A stretch of 64,000 nucleotides of DNA from Victivallales bacterium. Lineage in GTDB: Bacteria > Verrucomicrobiota > Lentisphaeria > Victivallales > UBA1829. Every line of letters starts with the position of its first letter. Positions within the stretch are counted from its first letter, which is position 1. Below the pieces are notes generated by a model, which did not search any database, had not been told where the DNA came from, and saw only the letters and a list, made by a program, of their open reading frames with translations. The translations under genes were made by a program, and so were the position numbers. Below are positions 1 to 15,000 of this stretch, piece by piece. The DNA lies in the NCBI GenBank assembly GCA_045114235.1, contig JBGUKB010000078.1, forward strand, positions 1,200 through 65,199, read 5' to 3'.

Positions 1-3000
1 TCCCAGCCGAGGTCGGAGTTGGTGAGGTGCGTGGCGGCGCCGTCGATGCCGACGGTGTAGAACACCTGACCGCCCGCGTAGGACATCACGACGGAATCCT
101 TGCCGGAACCGGTGAAGTCGCCGCAGCCGATCATTTCCCAGTTGGCGTCATAACCAGCGCCGAGGCTGACCCAGTTGTCGGTTCCATCGGTCCAGACGCC
201 GAGGGCGCCGAGTTCGGTGGAGTGCCACAGGATGGAGTTCTTGCCTTCGTTGCCGGTCATGTTGCCGACCTTGTTCTTCCACACATAGCCCTCATTGTTG
301 GTGAGGTAGCTGATGTTGACCCAGTTGTCGTCCGTGTCCATCGCATCGAGGTAGTAGCCGATGAACGCGCCCTTGATGCCGCTGACTTCGACGTTGCCGA
401 CGAGGACGGAGTCCGCCTTGCCGTTGGCGTTCATGTCGTAGGCGCCGAGGACTTCCCAGGTGTCGACCGGGTGCGTCGCGTTCGTGCTCTGCCACGTGCT
501 CGTGCCGTCCAGCCAGAAGCCGATCTGGCCCTGGCCGCCGGTGTACTGGAACATCACGTCGGAGATGCCGTTCGCATTGACGTCGCTCTTCGCGATGTAG
601 GTCGGAGTCGGCGGGACCGGCTTCTCGGCGATCGTGAGAGCGAGATCGCTGTTGTCGGTGATGGCGAGCGCGTAGGTGAAGTCGCCGATCACGGTGGCTT
701 CAGCGCCGACCTTCAGCGTGTAGTTGCCGAACAGGACATCGCTGTTGAAGGTCGCAGCGTCGGAGGCGAGCAGGTAGGTGCCCGCGGCGGCGGTGGCGAC
801 GGACAGCGTGTAGGACGTGGTGCCGAAGACCTTGGAGAAGCCGTTGAACTGGGCGGCTTCAGCCGTGGCGTTGGCAGTGTCGAACGCAACCGTACCGTTG
901 ATCGTGATGGCCGTGTCGAACGTGGCCTTGCCGACGACGGTGGCGGGAGCTTCGACCGTGATGGTCTTGCTGTAGCCGTCAGCGAAGGAGACTTCGCCGC
1001 CGACGACGAAGACCTTGCCGTCGTCCGTGGTGCCGGCGATGGCGCCCGCGAGGGTCGCGAACGCATCGTAGCCGATCGTGGCGGTCTTGGTGCCGACCGT
1101 GACGGTGTCGCCGGCCTGCTTGTTGGACCATTCGCTGTTCGCATAGGTCACTTCCGGGGTTTCCGGAGTCGGCGGGACATAAGCGGCGACGGTGAGGATC
1201 AGGTCGCCGTTGGTGTCCACGAGGGAGACCGTGTAGGAGAAGTCGCCGATGATGGCAGCTTCGCCGAGCTTCAGCGTGGTGTTGCCGAACGCGATGTCGG
1301 AGGCGAATCCGGTCGCGTCGGAAGCAAGCGTCCAGGTGCCCGCGACCGCGGCAGCGGTCAGCGTGTACTTCGTGTCGCCGGTGACGTACTGGAAGCCGCC
1401 GAACTGAGCGCCGTTCGCGGCATACTGCGTGTCGAACGCGACGGTACCGTTGATGGTAACGTTGGTCGTGAACACGGCATTGCCGGCGATCGTGGCTTCA
1501 GCGTTGACGGTGAGGGTCTTCGCGATGTCCTTGGTGAAGGACGCCGTGCCGCCGAGGACCTTGACTTCGCCGTAGTCGACGACGGTGTCGTAGGCCTCAT
1601 CGCCGGTCAGGAACGCGTTGTAGCCGAACGTTGCGCCGGTGGCGACGACGTCGCCGGCCTTGGCGCCGGTCCATTCGCTGTTCGCGTAGGTGACGGTGAT
1701 CGGGGCGACAAAGACTTCCTTGGTCAGGCTGAGGACGTTGTTGTCGTCAAGAGCCAGCGTGTAGTCGATGCCGTCGATCTGGACCTTCTGACCGAACACG
1801 AGATCGCCGATCTTGCCCGCGGAGGTCTGCAGGACAGCATTGCTGCTGAAGCTGGCGGCCTCGGTCGCGAGAGCGTAGGTGCCGTCGGCCTGGTCAGCCG
1901 CGATCGTGATCGTGATGGTCGGAGCGCCAGTGAGGATCGAGTAGTTCGTCACGGAAGCGCTTGCGCCGGCACTCTGAGCGGAGATGTCGAAGTCGAGGAT
2001 GGAGCCTTCCGCGAAGGAGACTGCAGCACCCGTGAGCATTCCGAGACCGCCGGTGACCTTGGCGCCGGATTCGACCGTGAGCACGCCCTTGCCGCGGACG
2101 TTCGCGTTGACCGCGACCGCGCCGCTCTGGAGCGTGAGGGAACCGACCGCAGTACCGGTACCGATCGCCAGGCCGTTGCCTTCGCTGCCCTCGACGGTGG
2201 AGTCGGCGGTAGCGGTGACAGTGCGGACGATCGGGTTGGAGAACTGGACGTCGCTGGCGAGGATCGTGATGGAGCCGTTGGCGGAAACCGCAGCGGCGGC
2301 CGCATCGGCCGTTGCAAACGCATCGGAACCGATGATGGCGGTGCCGCCAGGAACCTCAACGACGGATCCGGCTTCTTCGCCTTCCCAGAGGGCGTTCACG
2401 AACACGTCGAGCTTCTTCATGTTCAGGTGGACTTCGTTGCCGACCACGTTGATCGTGTAGGCGGAGTCGTCTGTGATGAAGGAGCCGTCGCCGAAGATCG
2501 CGGTGGCGGTCAGGACCAGGATATCGGTCGTGGTGCCGTCGACGAACGGAGCGGCGGAGATCATGAACTTGCCGTCATTGACGAGGCTGCCGTTGATCGT
2601 GATCACATCGGATCCGTTGTAGTTCAGCTGGGCCGTCGCATCGATCGAGATGCTGTTGGACTTGAGGGCGGAGGTGGTGACCTTGCCGCCGGTCACGTAC
2701 AGGACAGCGTCGTCGGCCGTGAGGGCCGGGATGGCCTCGGTGGCACTGCCGAACGCGTTTTCGCCGTAGAACAGGGCTTCTCCATCATAGGAGGCGCCGA
2801 CCTTGACGGTTTCGGCGGTGTAGTCGCTGTTCACGTAGATGTCCTTGACCGCGCCCTTCAGCACGACGGCGTTGAGAACAGGCGTTTCGCCGGCGGTCTC
2901 ATAACCGAAGACGAGAGAATAGGGCGAGCCTTCCTCAAGTCCGATTACGGAGATGCCTGCTTCCGTGATGTTCTCGAAACCGCCGGTGACGGTCACAGTC

Positions 3001-6000
3001 TCTTCGCCCGAATCCGGATCGACGGTCTTGGTGACGGTCGTCGCCATGTCGATGAAGACCTTGCTCGCGCCGGTGTAGCCGGTCACGTCGATGTTGATCT
3101 TCGCTTCGGTGGTGGCCATGCGGAGCGTGGTACCGGTGAAGTAAGCATCGGACGCAAGGTTCATTTCGCGGAACCAGTACGTGTAGTTGACGTTGACGTC
3201 GCCGGAGACGTTCAGAACCTTCTTGCCGGTGAAGGAAGTCAGTTCTGCATCTCTGGTGGAGTTGTAGTCGAGACGTCCGGCGAGCAGGTAACCCTTGAAG
3301 TCGACATCTTCGAGGTTGAAGATGAAGTCGGAGTTGCTGTTCGGAGCGTGCGTGTCCCAACCGGTGCCCCAGTTGTTGTCGAGGGCCAAGCGCATGGTGT
3401 TGCGGCCATCGCCGAAGGTGCTGTCCTTGATATTGACGGTGATGGTGCCCTGAGAGCTCTGGTCGCCGTCCTGGATTCTCCACCACTTGTCGGCGGGAGT
3501 CTCAACATTGTTGAGGTTGATGACCACGTCGGCGCCGAGGAACGTCACGGTTTCGCCCGCGATCTCGACCACATCGGTCTTGCCGACCGGGGAGTCGCCG
3601 ATGAACACGATGTCATCGTAGATGGTCGAATCCGTGAAGTTGAACGTCACGAGGGACGGAGCAAGCTCAGTGCCTTCGATGTAGGTCAGGTTGTAGCCGA
3701 TCAGCGTCTGGTTGCCGCTGGCGCTGCCCATCGTCGAGCCGGTCACGTTGAACGTGGCGCTGCCGATGATGCGGTTCGGGTGGTTCCACGGACCGTCGCC
3801 CTGATCGTAGGTGCCGGTCACGGTGCCGAGGAAGTAGCTCGTGGCGCCGGTGATGAACGTGCTGTTCTCGATGTTGACCTCGACGTCGCCGAAGTAGATC
3901 ATGTCATCGTTGGTGTAGCCGTTGATCAGGACGGGCACGGTGCTGTCGGTGAGGTACAGGTTGGCGATCTTGCCCTGGGTGCTGACATCGTAGCCGGGAC
4001 GGCCGTTGACGTACAGGCCCATGCCGTTCGACATCTTGTTGACGGCCTCGGTCAGGGAGTAGAACGCATTGACGCCCCAGAGCAGGGTTTCGCCGGTGAT
4101 GCTGTTGGTCTGGCCTTCGACGATGCCCTCGCCCGCGGTACCGAACGCGATATCGACGTAGAAGTTATCGACGCGCATCGCGTGGATGCTGTTGTCGATG
4201 TGGCTGTAGTAGGCATGGAACGCGCCGGAGCCTTCGCCGGTGAGGACGATGTCGTCATCGGTGAAGTTGGCGATGCCGGTGCCGGTGCTGAGCACGACGG
4301 CGTCGGACGCAGCCTGGACATAGCCGGTCATGTCGATGGTGATCGTGGTGCCTGCGGCCTGTTCGATGCCGCCCGCGACGGTCAGGGTTCCGGCCTTGGC
4401 GGTCAGAGCGCTGAATCCGGAGATGGACGCGACGGAGAAGTCAGTGTTGACCGTGAGGGTGCCGCCGTCGCCGGCGAGGGCGCCGATCGCGGTACCGGAG
4501 GTGTTCGCACTGACGATCACGTCGTTGCCCTTCGTGAGCGTGACGGCTTCGGCGGAGGTGCCGCCCTCGATGTAGAGGGTGCTGCCCTTGCCGACTGCCG
4601 CCGCGGCGCTCGCGACGGAACTGAACGCGTTCTTGTTCCAGACGAGAGCCATGTCGCCGATGAACTTGTCGTGGACGTCCGCTTCGGTCCAGTCGGCGTT
4701 CGCGTAGGCGTTGCCGACGAGATCGGAGGTGACGAGCAGGGTCTTGCCGTCATCGAGGAACTCGTAGCCGAAGCCAGCGCCGATGACCGAGACGGCGGGT
4801 TTCACATCGCCGAAGCCGCCTTCCACGACGAGGACCTTCTTGGTGAACTCCGCGAAGTTGGAAGCGTCGATCGTGATGGCCGCACCGTTGAAGCTGGTCA
4901 GGTTCACGAGGCTGTTGGCGTCGAGCACGACGTTGTCGAAGCCGGTGACGTTCTTGACCGTGGCGTTGCCATCGAAGTACAGGGTGCTGATGCCGGTGAC
5001 GTCTTCCTCGCCGCCGTTGACGGTGCCGCCGATGGACACGCCGTCGGCGATGGTGACCGCGGCGTCGCCGGTAACCTTGGAGAAGGTGCCGCCGGCAACG
5101 ATGACGTTCGTCACAGTCGCGCCCTTGTTGATCGTGATGTCGACGGATGCGACATCCGGAGCCGGATTGAACTGTTCAACCCATTCCGGCGCTTCGTCGG
5201 TGCCGACATTGACCATGGTCACGCTGGCGTTGGTGCCGCCGACCACGTTCGAGATCTCGCCGCCGTTGACGACGGTGGTGTAGCCGAACGTGTAGAGCGA
5301 ACCGGAAGCGCTCATGACCTGGATCTTGGCATTGACACGACCGTCGTCGACGGCCGCATAGGCCTTCTTCATCGTGTCAACGGCGTTGTCGCCGAACACG
5401 AGGTAGTTGTTCGTGCCGTCTTCTTCAACGACCGAGACGCCGGTGGTGGCTTCGCCGTAGTCGTTGCCGTAGAAGACGTCGAGGCCAGGTCTGTAGACGA
5501 AGACGCTCGTGGAGCCGACGACGGCCTTGAAGCCTTCGATCTCTTCGCCAGCCGCATCGACGTACTTGGCGGCGATTTCCACACCCTCGGCAGGAGCGTT
5601 GATCGTGGTGCCGACCACTGCGAACGTGGCGACATCGCTGTCCTTCGTGCCGCGGAGGATGAAGCCTTCGCCTTCGGACATCGAGATCGTGCTGCCGGTC
5701 AGCAGTGCGCCTTCGGCGATCTCAATGCTGTTGAACTCTCTGACTCTGCGGATCTGGCTGGTGCCGCCGGTCACGTGGAGTCTGCGGACGCCGCTGATGT
5801 TGTTCAGGCCGCCGTCGGTCTGGCCGCGGCCGCCGTTCAGGTTGCCGTCCGCCATGGTGACGCCGCTGATGTAGACATCGGCTTCGCCGCTCCAGGAACC
5901 GGTCGTATCGGAACCGAAGAGGCCGATCGCCATGGTGTCGCCGGTGAAGGTGGAGTCGGTGACCGTCAGGGTGAGATAGGTGTTGTTCGCTTCCTGCGGT

Positions 6001-9000
6001 TCCCAGACCTGGATCCACTTGGCTGCCGGAGCATTGACGTTCGACAGGGTGACGTTGACTTCCTTCAGCTGGACGTCTTCCTGGCCTTCAGCCTTGCCGT
6101 TGAAGACGCGGTCGAAGAGCATCAGGTCGCCACGGAGGTCGTAGTCGGCGACCGTGACGTTCACGGTGCCGCCGGACAGGTTGGCATAACGCGCGATACG
6201 GAAATCGTTGGTGTCATGCGTGCCCTTGGAGATCGTGATGTTCCAGGCCGTGTCGTCATAGGACTCGGTCTGCGCATTCCAGTTGCCGACGACCATTTCC
6301 TGGTGAGCACTGTCATTGCCCTGGCCTGCGATGGCCGCGAACCAGGTGAGCGTGCTGGCAGTGATCACGGCGGTGAAGTCGCCGTCGCGGAACTTCTCGG
6401 TGCTGTCATCGTTGTAGCCGGCAACGAAGCCGCCGGTGGTGATGCCGGTGACGTTCACGTTGATCGGCGCAGCCGTGAAGAAGTAGTAGAAGGCGCCCGC
6501 GGTGCCGCCGTCCGCGAAGAGCGTGCCGCCGGTGACCGCATAGCGGGCGGCGTTGACGTTCCATTCGGACATGTTGTAACCGTAGACGATCGTAGCGGTC
6601 TTGCCGTCGATGGAGACGACTTCGCCGTTCCGGTCGGCAGTGGCGTTGGCATCGAGGAACGCGAATTCACCGCGTTCGACCGCGACGAGAGCCTTCTTGG
6701 TCTCATCGTAGTACGGCATCAGGCGGTCGGCGTTGTTCTGGGCACCGACTTGCGTACGGCTGAAGGTCTGGCCGGAAACAGGCTGGATGAAGTTGGCAAT
6801 GCCGTTGGCAGGCGCCAGGAGGTTGCCTGCGCCGCCCTTGTAGCCATCCATGTTCACGACGAGTTCGCCGCCCTTCTCGATGTAGGAGATGCCGGTGCTG
6901 ACGTTCACGTTGTTGCCGGCGCGGAAGCGGAAGTACTGGATGCCGTCCATCGTGGCGATGGAGGTAGCCTTGGAACCAGCCACGTCATTCGCGATCACGC
7001 GATAGCCGACCGTGGAACCGGCGACGCCCGCGAGGGAGCCGATGGTAACCGCGGAGGTGCTGGCGGTGATGCGGACGGTGGAGCGGTGATCGGCATCGGC
7101 GCCGTCGCCGATGACGAAGCCGCCGAACGAGCCGCCGTCGATCTGCAGGTTGACCTGGCCGATGCTGGTGAGGTCATACGTGCCGGAGAAGTTGCCGTCG
7201 AGCACATACAGCGTGTAATCGCTGGTGGTGTGGGCGATGGCTTCTTCCATGGTCTTGAACGCGTTCACGCCGTAGACGAGGAGGTCTCCGTTGTAGGAGA
7301 GGCCGTAGACGTCTTCGGTGAAGCTGCTGCAGAGGTAGACGTTGCCCGGGTCGGTGGAGACGAGCCATAGCTCATCCTTCCCGTTGTAGTAGTACTTGTC
7401 ATCGCCGTCAGCGGTGATGGTGATCGTCTTCATGTCGAGGTCCGCGAGGCCTTCGGCCTTCAGCACGAGCTTGCTCGGGCCGGTGTATTCGGCGGAAGCC
7501 AGGTGGATAGACTTGAGGTCGAGCGCGCCGTTGACGGTGAGGGTGTCGTTGCAGTCGATTTCGAGCGCGGTGACCGAGAGGTCGCCGGAGATGGTGGCGT
7601 TGGCCGTGACGGTCAGTTTGTCGAAATCGGTGACGTTGCCGCGGACGTTGACGGCTCCGGAGATCGTCAGGCCGCTGGTGCCGCCGGTGACGCTGTCCTT
7701 GGAACCGACGATGTCGCCGCCGGTGAAACCGGTGACGGCCGGTTCGACGCTCTCATCCGTGTACTGGAAGCCGAACGTGCCGCCCGCGAGTTCGAGGTTC
7801 GCGTTGCCGGAAACGGTCTTGCCTTCCTCGGCGATGGTGATGCCGGCGAAGAGGCCGTCGGAAACGACGAGGTTCACGAACGCGGTGGAATCCTGGTCGG
7901 CGATGGTGCCGTACAGCGGATCGAGCTCTTCAGAGGAACCGAAGGTGCCGCCGGTGATGTACAGCGCGTTGCCGGCCTTCAGAGCCGCCTTGGCAGCTTC
8001 GAAGCCGACGAGCTCGTCGTAACCTTCTTCTTCGCCGTAGGCGTTGCCCTTGACCACGACTTCTTCGCCGTCGAGGACCGTCAAGGCCATCGCTTCGCCG
8101 GTCGGGGCGATCTGGCCGACGACCACGTCGTTGCTGGTGTAGCCGGGGTTGTAGTACAGGTCTGCGACGGAGTCGTTGTCCCAGATGACCAGGCCCTTCT
8201 TGCCGGCCAGGAGCTGGTACTTCGCGGCATCCTGCTCGAGGTTGAGCTCGATGCCCGCGGCGTCGTTCGCGAAGCCGTTGGACAGGCTGACCAGGACCTT
8301 GGAGGCGCCGGTGTAGCCCTTGGCGTCGACCTTGACGATACCGCTGTCGCGGAACGTGATCGTGCCGCCGGAGAGGAACGTATCCACGTTCATATCCAGT
8401 TCCTGGAACCAGTTCGCCCACTGGATGAAGTTGGACGACCCCTTGATGATCAGGGTGGCGTAGTTGCCGCCGCCGACCGAGTTGTTGGTGAGGCCGGACG
8501 CGGACAGGAGCGCGTTGACGTGGGAGTTCTCGACCGTGAAGAAGATCGGCGAAGCGTCGCTGTGACGGTCGTTGTTGCCGTCGCCGAACGCCGCGATACG
8601 GGCGTTGTTGCCGCCCGTGCCGGGCATAATCGTCGAGTTCTTGATGGTCAGGCTGATGGAATCGAACTGACCCCAGTTGGTGACCTGGGCCAGGCCGATC
8701 CACTTCGCGCCGCCGCCGAACGTGACGTTGTCGAAGGTGACGTCAAGGACGGGGTGGACTTCGGGATCACCGATGCCGGTGCCGGAATCGCGCGTACCCG
8801 CACGGGCGTCGCCGAAGATCGGCTTGAGGTCGCCGCGGATGTCCCAGTTCTTGAAGGTCAGCGAGAGGGTGCTCTGGAGCGTGGCCCACTGGCCGAAGAA
8901 CCGCAGGTTGCTGTCGTTGCGGCCATTTTCCAACGTGATCGTGATCGGGGCATGATAGCTCAGGGACGTGTTGACGCGTTCCCAGGTATTGCCTCGGCCG

Positions 9001-12000
9001 AGGATATCGTTGAAGTTCGAGTTGTCGGCATTGTTGTTCTGGCCGTTCTCATCCGGGGAGATCGGAAGGAGGCTGCCGTCAATCGTAATGGTGACCGGAG
9101 TGTAGATGTGCGTATCATTCGGGGCACGGTTGCGGTTGATCGGATGGAGTCTGCTGACAGTTCCGCCGACGACGTACAGATTGAGTGCGCTCGTATTGGA
9201 CGGATTGACCAGGCCTTCGTTGTAGTTGGTGACATACAGCGTGCCGCCAGTAATGACCTTGCCCATGGCGGTATTCAGGTCGCTGAAGGCGTTGGAGCCC
9301 CACTGCAGGACGTCGCCGTTGAACATCGTCGTGCCGGTGATCTCTTCCGTGAAGGTCGGATCGAAGTAGATGCGCGTGAGGTCCATCAGGAACACTTCCT
9401 TGCCGGAAGCATAGACGGTGACGCCCGGATCGCAGGCGTACTGGGTCACGCCGGAGATGCCGGCGGTGGTGCTGATGACCTTGCGCAGGTTGGTGCCTTC
9501 TTCGGTCGCGACAGCGGCGCCGGTCAGGTAGATCGTGCCGCCGGAGAGGTCGATGTAGCCGGAATCCAGGAAGCTGGCGGTGCTGACGGTGAGGAGCTTG
9601 ACGCCCTCGATGCCGCCGACCTTGGAGCTGCCTTCGAGCAGAAGCACGGTGTCGTCCGCGCCGGCGATCACGCCGTCGACCGTGACGTTGTCGCCGAGGG
9701 TGATGGCCGCCTTGGTGACGGAGTAGACGCCTTCGCCCGCGGTGAGGGCGATGCCGCCGACGCTGCCCGCGTCGATCGTGATGCTCATTCCACTGGCATC
9801 GGTCTTGTCGACGCCGTAGATGTAGCCTTCGACCTTGCCGCCTTCCATGGCGAAGTTGGCGCCGTTCAGGTGGATCTCGTCGGCGAGCGTGCCGCCGGTG
9901 ACCGTCACGGTGTAGTCGTCAACGGGGTTGCCGAGGTTGGCGACCGCATCGGCCGCGGTGTTGAACGCGTTGAAGCCGAACTCGAGGTAGGTGCCGTCGG
10001 CGAGGTAGGTGCCGGTGGTGGCTTCCGAGTAGTCGGCGTTCAGGAACGTGTTGGTCGGGATCGTGCTCTTCAGGACGATTTCCTTGCCGTCCGCGGTCTT
10101 GAAGACGCTGTATTCGCCGCCTTCGTTGCCGAGGATCTGGATCTTGCCGACGTCGCCGGTGATGCCGTCGGTCGTGGAGATCACGACGTGCGAGCTGCCG
10201 AGGTAGTTGGTCGCGTCGATCGTGATGACCGCGTCGGAGAAGTTCAGGCTGTCGGCCGTGATCACGTTGTCCGCGAACATGGAGATGCCGGAGCCGGAAA
10301 CATCGCCGAAGTCGACGACCGCGCCCTTGGCGACCTGGACGTCTGCGAAGTTGGCGACATCGCCGAGAATGGCGTTGCCCTTGACGTTCATCGTGGACTT
10401 GCCGGAACCATCGGCGGAACCGATGACGGCGCCCGCCGCGACGGTGAGGGTCGAAGCCTTCCTGTCGCCCATGGTGACGGTGCCGAACTCGACGCCGCTC
10501 TTCACGTCAACGTTGTTGCCGTTGAAGTTCTGGGCTTCGTAGGTGCCGCCGGTGACGACGATGGTGCCGCCCCATTCGGAGGCGTAGATCAGAGGCTTCT
10601 CGAAGCTGGCGTGCGCGTTGCCGCCGAAGAACAGCTCCTTGCCGCCGACGGTCTGGCCGCTGATGTCGTCGGTGTAGGTGTCATTGACGTACATGTCGTC
10701 GGTCTTGTCGAACACGCCGATACGGCTGACGACCCAGCGGTCGCTGTTGTTAGCGGTAACATGGCGGAAGCCGCTGACGATGATTTCGCACTGGCCGGTC
10801 AGGTCGTTGTCGCCGATGACCGAGATGCTGCTCATGGCCTCGTCGGTGTAGATTTCGCCGGCGGTGATCACGGTGTGCGTGCCGCCTTCGTAACCGGACA
10901 TGTTGACGTAGATGTTGATCGGGGTGCCGGCGTTGTCGAGGACGTCCGTCGACAGGTTTTCGCCGCGGTAGGCCGTCGTGAACTGCAGGTTGTTGCTGAG
11001 TTCAAGTCTGGCGTCCGCGTCGATGATCAGGGTATCCCATTCCATGACCCAGCTGGCACGCGTGACGGCGCTCTTCTCCGTCGCGACGATGTGCAGCGTG
11101 GTCGGGGCGTTGAACACCTGGAGGGCGTTCGCGCCGTGCGTCAGGGAGTCGCCGGGACGAAGGGTGTTCGTCACGGAGGAACCGCCCATGGTGACGGTGA
11201 CGCTGCCGGCCGTGAAGGTGGACTGGTAGATGTTGGCGCCGCTGTTGGCGACCCAGTCGGCCGTGTGGATCACATAGAAGTGCTCACCGACCGTGGAGTC
11301 GTACACTTCGACGTTGATGTTGGCATTGATCTTGGTCGGCGTGGAGCCGCTCATGTTGATGCCGTAGAAACGTCCGAGGTAGGAATCTTCCACCGTCAGG
11401 TTGATGTCGATCGGGTCTTCTTCCTTGGTGCCGAAGTCGCCGTAGCCGATGTAGACCGAGGTGAACGTGCTGCCGACGATGGAGGCGTTGATGTCGCCGT
11501 CGATCACGCTGGTGTAGGTGTTGCCGGTGATGTAGAGGGCGCCGCCGTTGGTGTTGGTCGCGTTGAACGTGAAGTTGCCGTTCATCGTGTACGCCTTGTT
11601 CAGGCCGTAGATGGAGGTGGTGACGTTCGTGCCGACCAGCACGGTGGTGTGGTCGTTGTCGCTCACGAAACGGTCGCCTTCCGTGCCGTAGAGGCCGGAG
11701 GAGCCGCCGTTGAACTCGAGGGCGGTGTCGATGACGGCGCTGCCGCGCTGTCCGTCGTTGGTGGTGAAGCCGACCAGGACGAGCATGCCGTTGTCGGCCT
11801 GGGCCGCCGCGATCGCTTCATCCTTCGTCGCGAAGACGTTCACGCCCGCGAAGAGGGCGTCGCCCGTCGCAGCGTCAACGGTATCGCCGTCGACGAATGC
11901 GGACTGGTCTTTGCGGAAGTAGACGCGGTCGGCGGTAACGAGATATAGGTCGCCCGCGTGCACGGCTTCGCCGGTGAGGACCTTCGCGGCATAGGATTTC

Positions 12001-15000
12001 TTGCCGGTCGGGGTGATGATCGTGACCGTGGAGGCGTCGAGCGTGACCTTGGTGGGATCGACGTCGAGGACCAGCGTGGAGCCGGAGCCTTCTTCCGCGT
12101 CGATGACGATCTTGGTTTCGGCGGGCATGGTGCCGGTGAGGGTCAGGACCGCGTCGGCGTCGATCGTGAGCGTGGAGGCGGAGGCGATCGTGTCGATCGT
12201 GCTGTCGTCGTCGATGTAGATGGTCTTCGCGGTGACAGAGCCGACCACGGAGTCTTCGATCTCGACGTCGAATCCGGCTGCGACAACGTCCATGCCGGTA
12301 TTGTCGCCGGTGATGACGATCTTGGCGCCGGCCTTGGCGGCCGCGACTGCATCCGCGACGGACGCGAACGCGTTCTTGCCGAAGACGAGCGTATCGCCGT
12401 CGACGACGATCTTCTTGTCCGCGGAGAAGGAAGTGTTCACATAGAGCTCGTCGAGGGAGTAGATCGTGACGGAGGTCTCGGTCTTCACGTATTCGTAGAG
12501 GCCGGCCTTCGCGCCTTCGAGCTTGATGGTCCAGTCGTTCACGCCGCCTTCGGCGCGGACGATCTCGTTGGCGCCGGTCAGGCCGCCGACGTTGACCGTG
12601 ATGGTCTTCGTGCCGGAGGTCGTGAGGTTGCCGGAGACGACGAGGTTGGAGGTGTCGGACATGTAGATGCTGCCGCTGAGGGTCAGGGCGTTCTCGAGCT
12701 CGGGTTTGGCCTTGTTCGTGAACGCGACTTCCGAGTCGGCGTTGATCGTGATGTTGCCGTCGATCACGGCGCCGCCGGTGACGTACAGCTGGGAGGTCGT
12801 CAGGTCCTTGACGCCGGTGAGGGAACCGGCGCTGATGAAGCCGGTGTTGACCAGATTGGCATTGTTCAGGATCAGGCCGCCGTTCTGCGTGAAGACGCCG
12901 TCTCTGGACGTGGCGCGGAAGAACAGGTCGCCTTCGTTCTTGAAGGTGCCGCCAACGGAAATGTCACCGAGGGCAGTGATTCTGCCGTCGTTGAAGAAGT
13001 TGCCGCCGATGATCGCAGCGCTGGTCATGACGAAGTCGTAGTTGTTCAGGTTGCCGACCAGGAGCAGCGTGACGTTGTTGGGCTCGGCGAGATTGCGGTA
13101 CGTGCCGAGCACGCCGTAGTTGTCGAGGTTGGCGGCGCTGATGACGCCGGCGTTGATGCCGCGGCGGTTCAGGATGTCGCCGTTGATGATAAGAGTGTTC
13201 TCCAGGGAGACTTCACTCTTGTCCGTGCCGTTCGAAACGTTCAGCGTACCGCCGGTGACGTTCAGGGCAGTGAAGTTCTCGACGGAGCCGACCTTCGCGT
13301 TGCCTTCGACGTTCAGGATGCGGGCGGTGCCCTTCGTGCCGCCGTCGAGAGCGCCGGTCACGGACGCGCCGTAGATCAGGCCGTAGAACGTGCCGTTGCT
13401 GCGCTGTGCGACCGTGCCGCCCTTGAGGGTGACGTCGACCGCGCCGGTGATGTTCGCGCCGTTGCCGATGGAGACGTCGGAGAACAGGCCGCCGGCGAGG
13501 GTCATGTCGACCGTGCCGATGGTGTTGTTGCTGGCGCCGACGACGAGCTTGCCCGCGCCGCCGGTGATGCTGGCTTCGATCGCGCCGACCTTGTTGGCGA
13601 CGCCGGTGATGACCGCTTCTTCGCCTTCGCCTTCGACGGTGGCGTCGGCGATGATCAGGTTCGAAGCGACGACTGCATCGCTGTAGACGAGTTTGTCACG
13701 ATCGGCCGCGGCGGAGGAGAGACCAGCCACGTAGTTGCCGACGGTGGAGCCGGCGAGCTTGATGGAGGTGCCCTGTCCTTCGGCGTACACGTTTCCGATC
13801 ATGTTGCCGCCGGTCAGGTCGTTCGTGGCCTTGCTCGCGCCGCCGTAGACGTTGCCGATGGTGGAGCTCTTGATCGTGACGGTGCCCGCGAAGCCTTCCT
13901 GGTCGGCAAGCTTCACGTCGCCGATCACGCTGTTGCCGATGGAAATATCGGCAGCGCCGACGGCCGCGCCGGTCAGGTCGATGGTGCCGATGCCGGCGAC
14001 GTCTTCGTCCCCGGAATAGTCAATCGAGAGCTTCGCAGCGCCGGTGACATTGCCGACCTTGATCGCATTAATATTATTTGTATAAGTGGCGGAGAAGTTC
14101 GCGGAAGCGACATCGGCAGCGGTATCGCCGAGGACGATGTCTTTTCCGTTGAGGTCGATGTTGTGGACATCGCTGCCGGAGAACGAAGTCACGTAGTCCT
14201 TCGTCACGACGTCCGCATCGAACGTGGTCGGCTCGACGGACGTGTCGTCGCCGTAGACCATGATCGTGGTCGTGGCCTTGTCGGTGACATGGGCCTGCGC
14301 CGAGGCAACGGAGACGTAGCCCTTCGGGCCGAGTTCGGTGGGCTGGTCGTCAGCGTAGTTGCTGTTCACCAGCAGGACGGTGCTCGTGGCGTTGTGGAGG
14401 ACCAGCTTGTCGCCGGAGAGCTCGTAGTAACCCGGGAAAATACCCTTGGTATATTCGTGATCGCCGACCACGATGGCCAGGTCATCGGAAATGCCGGTGT
14501 CGGAAAGACCGGAAACGAGCACGGTGTCGGGCTCGGAGAGGTCGCCGATCACATAGATCGTGGAAATATTGGCGAGAGAAGCGACATTGACGGTGGAACC
14601 GAGCGCGATGCTCAGTTTGCCGCCGTCGGCCACGGTGATGCTGTTGGCGCGGACTTTGGCGCCGGCATTGACCGTGACGTTTTTGAAGCGGTCGATGGTG
14701 CCGGTGACGGTCTGGATGTCGGACGCGCCGAGGATCAGGTCGAACGTATCCACTTCCGGAGCGTCGCCGTTGCCGTTGCCGCGGATGTTGGCCGCGACCG
14801 ATCCGGCGACTGTGAGCTTGTAGGAGCCGGTCCAGTCGCCCGGGTTGTTGAAGTAGCCGATGTTGATGTCGCCGCCGACGCTGGATCCGGAGATGACGAC
14901 GTTGTAGTTGGCCGCGACGGTCTTGTTGCCCTGGCCGCTGTCGGTCTGGACGCCGCGGAAGGAACCGCTCACGGTCACGTTGGAAACGGTGCCGATCACG